Under the pieces are notes generated by a model that was not told the DNA's origin, made no database searches, and was given only the letters and a program-made list of their open reading frames with translations. DNA of 64,000 bases from Candidatus Flemingiibacterium sp. (GTDB taxonomy: Bacteria > Bacillota > Clostridia > Oscillospirales > CAG-272), in contig JAZNKS010000028.1 of assembly GCA_045578725.1 (NCBI GenBank), forward strand, positions 12,955 through 76,954, written 5' to 3'. Made by a program: the position numbers and the translations under genes. This document shows, piece by piece, positions 45,832 to 54,526 of the stretch (the first letter of the stretch is position 1; the number at the start of each line of letters is the position of its first letter).

Positions 45832-46731
45832 TCAGACATCCTTAAAATATTCATGCGGTGTCATACCGACGTGTTTTTTGAAAACGCGGGCAAAATAGTT
45901 GTAATCATTGAAGCCTGTTTCATCTGCAATCTGCGTAAGCGGGAATCCTCTGTACCATGTAATCGCGTATCGTATCCGATATTCATTCACATACTGCATA
46001 AAGGACATTCCGAGATTTTGCTTAAACAGCGTGCAGAAATAACTCTTGTTATATCCAAGATCATAGGCTATTTTTTTCGTTGTCAGATTTGTCCGGAAAT
46101 GCTGTTGTACATACAGCTGGATCGCATGAATAAACTGAATTCTCCGTTCAACGGTTTCTCCACCCTGTACCGTGGGCAGTTTTCGCAAAAGTGTTCCGAT
46201 CAGACGGATTGCGATTGCCGCCAGCATACAATCCTCACCGGAACCACCGTGGATTGCATTCTGATAAGCGATATGCGCTTCATTTAAGATGGTTCGGATT
46301 TCGGCGGCCAGAGAGGTGGATGCGTCGATCTTGTTTGGAAATTGCAGTTCACCTGCACTGAAGCGGCGAATATCTTCTCCTGCCATACCGCAGCATCCTG
46401 TGAAATACCATGGATCAAGGACAACGTGCGCATAGGAGGTAATGCCTTCAATCGGTATTTCCCCCTGATGCAGTTCGTATGGATTGATAATGAGAATATC
46501 CCCTTGGGTCAGCGTATACGCTTTTCCGTTTACTTCAACGTGCAGAGTCCCACTGCATATCTGATGAATTTCAATTTCATTGTGCATATGTGACTGAAAA
46601 ACCATACGCACGGTATCGTTTTTTTCGGTTTTATTCCAATTTGGTTCGGATATTTCAGGGTTACCGAAGGTTGACATCCATGAACTGATTGGCATACGGG
46701 AATATATATTGAGTTCGTCTTCTGTAAGCAT
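45832..46731 (-). CDS. AraC-family transcriptional regulator (cupin + HTH)
   Basis: C-terminal HTH: TKKIAYDLGYNKSYFCTLFKQNLGMSFMQYV...QIADETGFNDYNYFARVFKKHVGMTPHEYF. The ATG at 46731 has a GAAGAGAGG RBS; an alternative ATG lies at 46749. GC is visibly lower than the flanks. Confidence 0.8.
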   Translation of the reverse strand: MLTEDELNIYSRMPISSWMSTFGNPEISEPNWNKTEKNDTVRMVFQSHMHNEIEIHQICSGTLHVEVNGKAYTLTQGDILIINPYELHQGEIPIEGITSYAHVVLDPWYFTGCCGMAGEDIRRFSAGELQFPNKIDASTSLAAEIRTILNEAHIAYQNAIHGGSGEDCMLAAIAIRLIGTLLRKLPTVQGGETVERRIQFIHAIQLYVQQHFRTNLTTKKIAYDLGYNKSYFCTLFKQNLGMSFMQYVNEYRIRYAITWYRGFPLTQIADETGFNDYNYFARVFKKHVGMTPHEYFKDV

Positions 46732-47030
46732 TTTTGACCTCTCTTCCATATTTCATCAGAAACAGATTTATAATACAACCTATATATCAATTATACATGA
46801 GCTCAAAATGAATGTCAAGTCAAAACAAATATTGTGCTAAACAAAACAAATAATTCGCTTGTTTTGTGAAAGAAAAGATGATATCATAAAAGAAAGGATT
46901 ATGCTCTTTTATGTCGGCACTGCAGGATGCCGTGCTGCGGAATCCGTATAATCGGAATGCCGTATAACGATTCCCCGTCGAAGATTACCCGACGGCTATT
47001 ATCGATCATGTCACCAAAGGATAACAAAAT

Positions 47031-48731
47031 ATGATACGAAAAGTTCTTCTTGTGTTCAAAACCCATCTGGATATCGGCTTTACCGATTATGCGGGCGATA
47101 TCCGGGAGAAATATTTGAATGAATATCTTCCCGCTGCGATCCGCGTTGCACGGGAAAATGCAGACTCCGATCATCAATTTGTCTGGACAACCGGTTCCTG
47201 GCTGATTCATGAAGCGCTGAAACAGGATGACGGAACGCTTGATGCGGCAATCCGCGACGGACTGATCACATGGCATGCGTTACCGTTTACCACACATACC
47301 GAATATATGAATCCGGCACTGTTTTCCGCAGGACTGGATATTTCCGCAAAATTGGATGCACGGTACGGAAAAAAGACCGTTGCCGCCAAAATGACGGATG
47401 TTCCCGGACATACCATGGGTATCGTCCCTCTGCTTGCCGACCGTGGTGTAGAGCTATTGCATATCGGTGTCAATCCGGCTACCCCGGTTCCCGATGTGCC
47501 GGAAATATTCCGTTGGAAGTGCGGAGATAAAAGCATTGCTGTCATATACAGCGGCGATTATGGAGAACCATGTGAGATCGGGGATACCGCGCTGGTGTTT
47601 GGTTTTACCGGGGACAATCACGGACCGCAGGGAGGCGATCAGCTGCAGGGAATCTACCGCACGATCAAAGAAAAATATCCCGACGCCGTGATACAGGCGG
47701 CGACCCTTGATGATGCAGCCGCCGTTCTTCGCGGAATGGATTTGCCCGTTGTGGAGGGTGAGATTGGTGACAGCTGGATTCACGGTATTGGTACCGATCC
47801 GACAAAAACACGGGCATACCGTGAGATATTGCGGCGTTGTGACTCCTTTGCGGATACCGATCTTTGCAGCAATCTGCTGATGGTGCCGGAGCATACATGG
47901 GGGATGGATCTGAAAACGCATTTTCACAATGATACCCATTGGCTGCATAACGAAATCGTGACCTGTTCCGAAAGAAGAATCATTGAGAAATCCTGGGCGG
48001 AACAGCGGGCGTATGTATACAATGCGGCAAAGCAGCTCCATGTGGATCTTGAGGAGGTTCTCTCGGTGCCAATGCCGGATGTCACAAAAATGACACCAAC
48101 GGATCACAAACCGTGTGCGGAGATTTCCTACCAACTGTTTGACCGAACGGATTATGAGCGATTCCGCAAGGAATATATCCGTCTTGACTGTGATTGGTCC
48201 CGTTGGGATTTCACAAAGGTTGGTCTGCCGGAATACAGCGGCGGAATTTTCACGCCTGAGGTTATCGGCGCATGGCAGGATGGAGCAACAAATGTGTTCC
48301 ATATGACCTTTTCCGATGAGATCCGCCAATTTGCCGGACTGCCTGAAATATGGCTTTTGGAGCGGGAGGACTTTGTGGAATTGCGTTGGTTTGGCAAAAA
48401 ATCCAATCGTCTTCCGGAAGCCTTCTGGATTCATTTCCCGTTTCTGACGGATCGTTTGCAGATGTTAAAAATGGGAACATGGATCGATGCAGCGCAAGTT
48501 CTTGATGCAAGAAATCTGCATGGTGTTTGGTCGGTAAGAAACGAAAGCTGTGAAATTGAGGCTTTGGATGCCCCCCTTGCGGCTCCCTATGGCAGAAATC
48601 TGCTGCGCCGCAAGAATCCGACCGTGACGCAAAATCTGTATTTCAATCTATACAATAATATATGGAATACGAATTTTCCAATGTGGTTTGCCGATGATGC
48701 GAAATTCCGGTTTATCCTGCGTCGGCGCTGA
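47031..48731 (+). CDS. DUF5054-like / GH38 N-terminal-like glycoside hydrolase-family protein
   Basis: The N-terminus MIRKVLLVFKTHLDIGFTDYAGDI matches the remembered DUF5054 start (KTHLDIGFTD). 566 aa. Confidence 0.55.
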   Translation: MIRKVLLVFKTHLDIGFTDYAGDIREKYLNEYLPAAIRVARENADSDHQFVWTTGSWLIHEALKQDDGTLDAAIRDGLITWHALPFTTHTEYMNPALFSAGLDISAKLDARYGKKTVAAKMTDVPGHTMGIVPLLADRGVELLHIGVNPATPVPDVPEIFRWKCGDKSIAVIYSGDYGEPCEIGDTALVFGFTGDNHGPQGGDQLQGIYRTIKEKYPDAVIQAATLDDAAAVLRGMDLPVVEGEIGDSWIHGIGTDPTKTRAYREILRRCDSFADTDLCSNLLMVPEHTWGMDLKTHFHNDTHWLHNEIVTCSERRIIEKSWAEQRAYVYNAAKQLHVDLEEVLSVPMPDVTKMTPTDHKPCAEISYQLFDRTDYERFRKEYIRLDCDWSRWDFTKVGLPEYSGGIFTPEVIGAWQDGATNVFHMTFSDEIRQFAGLPEIWLLEREDFVELRWFGKKSNRLPEAFWIHFPFLTDRLQMLKMGTWIDAAQVLDARNLHGVWSVRNESCEIEALDAPLAAPYGRNLLRRKNPTVTQNLYFNLYNNIWNTNFPMWFADDAKFRFILRRR

Positions 48732-49032
48732 GCGGATCTACGATCACCATTCATTGTTTATACTATCATAAGGCGGGCGGAATGCTTGAAAAAAGTATGG
48801 ATTTCCAAAGGATGGACCCTACAGGCCCCCACTTACAATGGACCGGTGGATCTCCCGAATGCCGTGTTTGACAGAGCGAATCGATTGGTGATCACAACCG
48901 ATTCGTATAACACAAATTGATAATTTTTCTCTCGGAATGCGTTATTGAATTTCGGACATCTTTGCTGTATAATAAAGGTGTCGACAGAAGAAACGCTTTG
49001 CAAAGCACAAAAATTTGCATAAGGAGAAAAGT

Positions 49033-50202
49033 ATGAAACTTACAATCGGTGAAAACATACGCCAATTTCGAAGGAAAAACGATATGACGCAGGAAGCACT
49101 CGCCGATCGTTTGGGTGTTACCTGTCAATCGATCAGCCGTTGGGAAAACGGCACGACCTATCCCGATCTGGAACTGATTCCTGCCATTGCCGGGATACTT
49201 GCCGTTACGGTGGACGAGCTTCTCGGAATGCCGCAGATCGAGAAGGAAAAGCGGGCGGCGGAAGCCTTCGATGCGCTTCGCCGCGAATGCATGAAGCGCG
49301 ATTACGATGCTGACCGGATCACAGCACTCCTTCAGGATATACGCCGGAATTACCTTGCCAGCAGCTCGGCCTGGCGCCCGTGGGTTGAAGGCAACGACCG
49401 CGCTTTCCGTGATCCGAAGATTCTTCCGGAGGTGCGTTTGCTGGCAGAAGCCTATCTCGAACGCCATCCGATGCATCCGCACACCCTGGAAACGATGGCC
49501 GAAATTGAAGATGAAGATCACTTGCTGGACTTTTTGAAGAAATATACAACGCCTTTTGATTGTTCTGAGCGCACATTGCTATTCAATCGATATTTCAGGC
49601 GCGGTGATGCAGAACGGTTTGAGGCCGAGCGAAGATATCAGTTATTTATTGCGCTTGATGTTTTGCTATGCCCCCGCTATTTGCGGAAATGGGGAGAAAG
49701 TGATGACAGGAAAGCTGAAGCTGACAAATTCATGGGAACTATGCTCTCACTGATTCGCAGTGATGCTGAGGATGATCGATTGGATATGTGGGCAGAAGAC
49801 CGTATGGAACTCGGAATCAAATCAGCTATTCGCCTGGTTTCAGCCAATCAATTCGAAGATGCAATCGAACAGCTGGAGACAGTTGTGAAATTGCTTGAAG
49901 AAACTATGAAAATAACCGATAAGGTGCTGCTGCCGACTTCCTGCCGTTTCCTTGACGGAATGGAATGGTATGCGCAAGAGGATTGGCATTCTCGCGGCAA
50001 CAACCCTGACAGTCCACAGGAACGGATGATTCTTATTGATACACATATGGGCAATATGTCTCGCTGCTATTGCATATATCCCAGCAACTACGATGATGCT
50101 CTTAACGGCAAAAATTTTGAACCTCTCCGCAATCATCCGAATTTTGTAAAGCTTTGCGAGCGTGTAAAGGCGCTGATTATCACAAAACCGAAGGAAGTAT
50201 AA
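49033..50202 (+). CDS. XRE-family HTH regulator with a helical-repeat C-terminal domain
   Basis: The ATG at 49033 follows AAGGAG. The HTH reads IRQFRRKNDMTQEALADRLGVTCQSISRWENGTTYPDLELIPAIAGILAVTVDELLG. Confidence 0.8.
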   Translation: MKLTIGENIRQFRRKNDMTQEALADRLGVTCQSISRWENGTTYPDLELIPAIAGILAVTVDELLGMPQIEKEKRAAEAFDALRRECMKRDYDADRITALLQDIRRNYLASSSAWRPWVEGNDRAFRDPKILPEVRLLAEAYLERHPMHPHTLETMAEIEDEDHLLDFLKKYTTPFDCSERTLLFNRYFRRGDAERFEAERRYQLFIALDVLLCPRYLRKWGESDDRKAEADKFMGTMLSLIRSDAEDDRLDMWAEDRMELGIKSAIRLVSANQFEDAIEQLETVVKLLEETMKITDKVLLPTSCRFLDGMEWYAQEDWHSRGNNPDSPQERMILIDTHMGNMSRCYCIYPSNYDDALNGKNFEPLRNHPNFVKLCERVKALIITKPKEV

Positions 50203-50226
50203 TCCCCGCCCGCGCGGACTTTTATC

Positions 50227-50268
50227 AAAAAAGCGGCTGCTGCACTTGAAGTGCAGCAGCCGTTTTTT
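50227..50268. terminator. bidirectional rho-independent terminator
   Basis: A 12-bp stem cggctgctgcac / gtgcagcagccg, flanked by A6 upstream and T6 downstream. It lies between convergent genes. Confidence 0.85.
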
Positions 50269-50290
50269 CATGGAACCGATCGCGTTTCGA

Positions 50291-50707
50291 TCAGCCTTTC
50301 TCCGATTCCGTATCGGACGCCTTTTCACCAGCCGTGACCTCGGCGGGGAGCGTCTCCGCTTTTTCGGCCTTCTTCTGCGCCTTCGGCATCCGGAAGCCGT
50401 CGCGCAGGAGGAAGATTGCCACCAACGCCAGCACGAATGCGCCGGCAAAGAAGAATACGAAATTCGTATGCTGTCTTCCGATAGCCGCATCCATCATCAG
50501 CAGCTTGGTGCCGCTCATACCGATGATCCGGGTGATTCCGCCGTAAATCAGCAGAATGGCAATGACAGCCGATATAAATCCGCCGATCAGAAACCGTCCG
50601 CGCGAGGCGCTGTCCGCACCTTCCTTTTCGGGCCCTGAATCCGGAGCGGTTTTCTCTGCCTTGACGGGCAGCTCCGCCTCTGTCATCTTCTCATTTTTCT
50701 CGTCCAT
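50291..50707 (-). CDS. small two-TM membrane protein
   Basis: Two hydrophobic helices (FLIGGFISAVIAILLIYGGI; FVFFFAGAFVLALVAIFLL) lie between charged Lys/Glu-rich tails. The ATG at 50707 sits 6 nt after AAGGAGG, whereas the track ATG at 50713 abuts it. Confidence 0.6.
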   Translation of the reverse strand: MDEKNEKMTEAELPVKAEKTAPDSGPEKEGADSASRGRFLIGGFISAVIAILLIYGGITRIIGMSGTKLLMMDAAIGRQHTNFVFFFAGAFVLALVAIFLLRDGFRMPKAQKKAEKAETLPAEVTAGEKASDTESEKG

Positions 50708-50718
50708 AGCCATCCTCC

Positions 50719-52890
50719 TTACTCCGTTACCGAGCCGCCGATCTGACGGAAGCAGTCAAACAGCGCCGGGCTGTTCTCCTCTTCGGCCAGAAGCTCGGCC
50801 GGCACGCCGACGGTATAGTCCCGATCCGATGCCGCATCGATCGCATCGGCCTTCACGCGCAGGCTGCGGGTGAATTCCTCCAGATCGCTCTTGGCCTCGA
50901 ATTCCAGAATGTAATCGTTCTCCACATAATCGCCGATTGTCTGGTAGACATCGTGCAGCAGCTCGCTGGAATCGGCTTCCATATACTTACCACCGCAGGA
51001 ATCGGCAATGTACTTCAGATAGGTGGTATCCGCGCCGGGGATACCGATCGTGTAAACCGCAATGTTCTTGGTCTTCAGATCGGCCAGCACGCCGTCGATC
51101 ATACCCGAATCGCCGTCCGCTCCGTCCGACAGCAGGATGATGACCTTGCGGCCGCTCCGTCCCGCCAGCGCTTCACCTGCGGTCTGCAGACCGGAATAGA
51201 TGCTGGTGCCGCCGGTTGTGGTCAGGCCTTCGATGTCGCGCAGAAGCTCCAGACGGCTGCTTCCCAGCGGCGTCATCAGCTCGGCTACCGATTCAAAGGT
51301 AACAAGACCGAGATTGGTCTTGGCATCCACGCTCCGGACGAAGTTGGTGACCGCCGCCTTGGTATTTTCCATGCTGGTACCTTGCATACTTCCGCTTCGA
51401 TCAACGACCAGCATGACCGACAGCTGATCGGCAACCTCGGCTTTATCCGCTTCAATCAGCTTGACACTGCGGATCCGGTTGTCCATGTCGTAGATTTCAA
51501 AATCGCTCTTCTTCAGCTTTTCCTCCAGTTCGGCCGCGATCGTGACCGTTACGCGGACCTTCGGGAAGCCGGTGGTATCGATGTGGCGGATCAGAACGCC
51601 GTTGAACATCCGATCCAGCAGATCCAGCAGATACTCAAAGAAGCTCTCCTCGTTGTATTCCCGACGGATATCGGTGATATGCAGAAGCTGCATCACGGAC
51701 TGCCAGAGCTGCTCCAGCCGGTAGGTGTTGCTGCTGCCCGCGCCGTCCTTCTGATACGAATCCGCCAGCCGCTTGACGGTCATGGCAACCGGCTCGGTGG
51801 ATTTGCCGGCATGATCCAGCAGATCGACCAGCATATCGTCGGCCTTATTCTTTTCACCGGCCGCATGATAGAGGTACGCCATCTCCATCTGATAAGCGCC
51901 GCTGTTCTTATCGGCCACCGGTGTCTGCAGCTCGATAAAGTTGATGGCGCGGCGGACCGGCTCGGCCTCCAGCTCGGTATCAATAGCATCGATCTCGGCT
52001 TCGATTGAGGCAATCTCCTGCTGGAGCCGGATCTGCTTGCGCTCGCTTTCTTCGTCAGCCAGATCCGTCTGAAGCTTGCCCAGCTTTTCATACAGATCGC
52101 TCCGGCGATCCATGCGCTTGGCAGTCGCCGCGCTGACCTCCTCATTTGGAGAGTAAACGCCGCCGCTCGCAACAAGGTTGGCAAGCAGAGCGCGGTTTTC
52201 AAAGGAATCATCCTGCGTGAACAGCTGCTCGGCCAGCTCATAGGCGCCGTCATAATCGTGCTGCTTCATCTTGGTCAGCGCCTTCAGCTTGAGAGCAAGC
52301 GCCGAAGTATCGTCATTCAGCGCCTGCTCGGTGATCGAATCGCCATATCCTCCGTTCTGCAGCATATCGACCATCGCCTGAAGGCCGGTTCCGTTCTTCT
52401 TGACATCGATGGAGGCCTGCACGCGCAGGAGAATCTTCAGAAGATCCGCGCGGGTATCTTCATCAAGATCGTAGTACACATACGAATCGCCCCAGCCATA
52501 GGAGGAGGATTCGCCGTACTGCTCACGATATTTTTCCACGATATCCGATGCGATCGTGCGCACCTCGGCGATAACAGCATCGCTGCCGTCCGCCAGATAG
52601 GCATCCGCCCAGGTAATCACCGCATCAAAATCCGCCTGGAAGCCGGTGGCCAGAACCATCAGCTGGCGGGAAACAGCGTTCTCCAGGGTCTGATCGCTGC
52701 GGGCGGCCAGCTGCCAGCCCTGCACATAATCGCCCAGCTCAATCAGCTTGGAAGCCACATAGTTCTGCTGGTTAACCAGCGTTTTCACTCTGCCGTCGCG
52801 GATCATGCCGCCGATCATGGGAACCAGTACGGCAATCAGGATGACGGCAGCAGCGGCAATGGCGATGATTTTTGTCTTTTTACTTTTCAC
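50719..52890 (-). CDS. membrane-anchored von Willebrand factor A (VWA) domain protein
   Basis: GTG start at 52890 after GAAGGAGG. N-terminal TM IIAIAAAAVILIAVLV, then a long helical region. The VWA MIDAS motif is VVDRSGSM...TTGGTSIY...ILLSDGADG. Confidence 0.8.
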   Translation of the reverse strand: MKSKKTKIIAIAAAAVILIAVLVPMIGGMIRDGRVKTLVNQQNYVASKLIELGDYVQGWQLAARSDQTLENAVSRQLMVLATGFQADFDAVITWADAYLADGSDAVIAEVRTIASDIVEKYREQYGESSSYGWGDSYVYYDLDEDTRADLLKILLRVQASIDVKKNGTGLQAMVDMLQNGGYGDSITEQALNDDTSALALKLKALTKMKQHDYDGAYELAEQLFTQDDSFENRALLANLVASGGVYSPNEEVSAATAKRMDRRSDLYEKLGKLQTDLADEESERKQIRLQQEIASIEAEIDAIDTELEAEPVRRAINFIELQTPVADKNSGAYQMEMAYLYHAAGEKNKADDMLVDLLDHAGKSTEPVAMTVKRLADSYQKDGAGSSNTYRLEQLWQSVMQLLHITDIRREYNEESFFEYLLDLLDRMFNGVLIRHIDTTGFPKVRVTVTIAAELEEKLKKSDFEIYDMDNRIRSVKLIEADKAEVADQLSVMLVVDRSGSMQGTSMENTKAAVTNFVRSVDAKTNLGLVTFESVAELMTPLGSSRLELLRDIEGLTTTGGTSIYSGLQTAGEALAGRSGRKVIILLSDGADGDSGMIDGVLADLKTKNIAVYTIGIPGADTTYLKYIADSCGGKYMEADSSELLHDVYQTIGDYVENDYILEFEAKSDLEEFTRSLRVKADAIDAASDRDYTVGVPAELLAEEENSPALFDCFRQIGGSVTE

Positions 52891-54367
52891 TGTCGTCCGC
52901 CTCCTTCTTCAGTACGCCGAGCAGATCCACATCGATCCGGCTCAGGCGGGGATAAATGTCACGGATTACATCCGTATCGCTCACCGGATTGCCGCGGAGC
53001 ATCAGCACGCTCAGCTTATCCAGCGGGCGCAGGGCATCCAGCTTGGCTGTGCTGTTCTGATACATCCACAGCTCCTGCAGATTTTCAAGGCCCTTGAGGG
53101 CGCCGATATCGCTGACCTTGTTGTCGGAGAAATCGAGGTAGGTCAGCTGCTTCATGCCGGAAACCGGACTGATATCGCTGATCTGATTGCCCCATAGGCT
53201 CAGCGTGGTAAGGTTCGTCAGATCCTTCAGCATCGCAATATCCTCAATCTGATTCCAGCCGAGGCAAAGCTCTTCGAGTCCCGTCAGTCCGGAAAGGACC
53301 GCCAGATCCTTGCTGTCCAGATCGTTGCCGATCAGCGAGAGATGGCGGATTCCGGTCATGCCGGCCAGCGCGCTGATATCCAGATTCTTCTGATAGGCGA
53401 TGACAACAGTATCAAGATACGGCATGGATTTCAGATCCGCCAGCGACTTCATGCCGCGGTCGCTCCGATTGTAGCGGGAGCCGTAGATTGTATAACCGTC
53501 CTTTTCAAAGCGGATAACCGGATTGCTGTCGGTGGAATAGTAGGAATCGCCGATGATGTACAGGCTGGTCACCTTCGACATCTCATCCTCGGTGATATCC
53601 CGGTTTGAGGAGAGATCCGAGGTCTGCCGGACGATATTTTCGATCATCGGCTCCGTTACGGTGACCTTCTTATTCTCGACATTCAGCGTGTATTCGTAGA
53701 CAGCCGGCTCACTCATGAAGCCGCTGGAATTGACGGCCACGCAGGTGAGGGTATTCTTTCCGCTGACAAGGATAACCGGCTCATCGTACAGCCGGCTTCC
53801 GAGATTCGGATCGCTGCCGTCCAGCGTATAGTAAATGGAATCGTAGGCACCGGCCGTCAGCTCGACGCGGACGCGCTCGCTGTAGCTTCCGGGTGCAAGA
53901 TCGGCCTTGGGAGCCGACGGATGGGTCAGCTCATACAGCGCGGTGATGCCGTCGCTTCCGGCGTTTTCGATGGCTTCTTCCATCAGAATCTTGGCCTTTT
54001 CGGCATCATCCCGGCGGATGTACAATTCACCCAGCTTTTCATATGCCTCGGCATCCCGCTTGTTGTTGTCAATCATCGTTTCGTAGATGGCTTCGGCATA
54101 TGCCGTACGACCGCTCACCTCATAGCACTCGCCCAGTGCCAGATTGGCACCGCGATGCTTCTCGTCGATGGCCAGAGCCTTCTGATAGCTGGCAATCGCC
54201 TGCTCGTAATCCAGATCGTTCAGATAGCGGTTGCCCTCTTCAATGAACATCTTGATATCCTGCGACTTATTGTACTGGGAAATGCCGACCAGAATACCGA
54301 TCGTGGCCAGTACAATCAGCGGGATGCAGACAGCCAGAATTTTATGCTGTCGGATAAAATTCTTCAT
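52880..54367 (-). CDS. membrane-anchored TPR + Fn3-associated-like + leucine-rich-repeat protein
   Basis: N-terminal TM ILAVCIPLIVLATIGILVG. TPR-like YEQAIASYQKALAID...AEAYEKLGELYI. 22-residue LRRs (LTGLEELCLGWNQIEDIAMLKDLTNLTTLSLWGNQISDISPV). Confidence 0.8.
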   Translation of the reverse strand: MKNFIRQHKILAVCIPLIVLATIGILVGISQYNKSQDIKMFIEEGNRYLNDLDYEQAIASYQKALAIDEKHRGANLALGECYEVSGRTAYAEAIYETMIDNNKRDAEAYEKLGELYIRRDDAEKAKILMEEAIENAGSDGITALYELTHPSAPKADLAPGSYSERVRVELTAGAYDSIYYTLDGSDPNLGSRLYDEPVILVSGKNTLTCVAVNSSGFMSEPAVYEYTLNVENKKVTVTEPMIENIVRQTSDLSSNRDITEDEMSKVTSLYIIGDSYYSTDSNPVIRFEKDGYTIYGSRYNRSDRGMKSLADLKSMPYLDTVVIAYQKNLDISALAGMTGIRHLSLIGNDLDSKDLAVLSGLTGLEELCLGWNQIEDIAMLKDLTNLTTLSLWGNQISDISPVSGMKQLTYLDFSDNKVSDIGALKGLENLQELWMYQNSTAKLDALRPLDKLSVLMLRGNPVSDTDVIRDIYPRLSRIDVDLLGVLKKEADDSEK

Positions 54368-54385
54368 GTTTCTCTCTCCCCTTCT

Positions 54386-54514
54386 TTATTCTCCGTCTTC
54401 GATCTGCCGGATCACCTTTTTGCGCTGATGCCGGAAAACCGGGATCAGAATCAGCAATAACAGCAGGCTGACGCCCATAGCCGCCAAACCGCCGAACAAC
54501 AGAATTTCGGTCAT
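54386..54514 (-). CDS. 42-aa single-TM peptide (below the ORF-track cutoff)
   Basis: Hand translation: MTEILLFGGLAAMGVSLLLLLILIPVFRHQRKKVIRQIEDGE. The ATG at 54514 follows GGGAGG with 6-nt spacing. It fills the gap between the kinase and TPR/LRR genes. Confidence 0.5.
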   Translation of the reverse strand: MTEILLFGGLAAMGVSLLLLLILIPVFRHQRKKVIRQIEDGE

Positions 54515-54526
54515 TTGAATCCTCCC

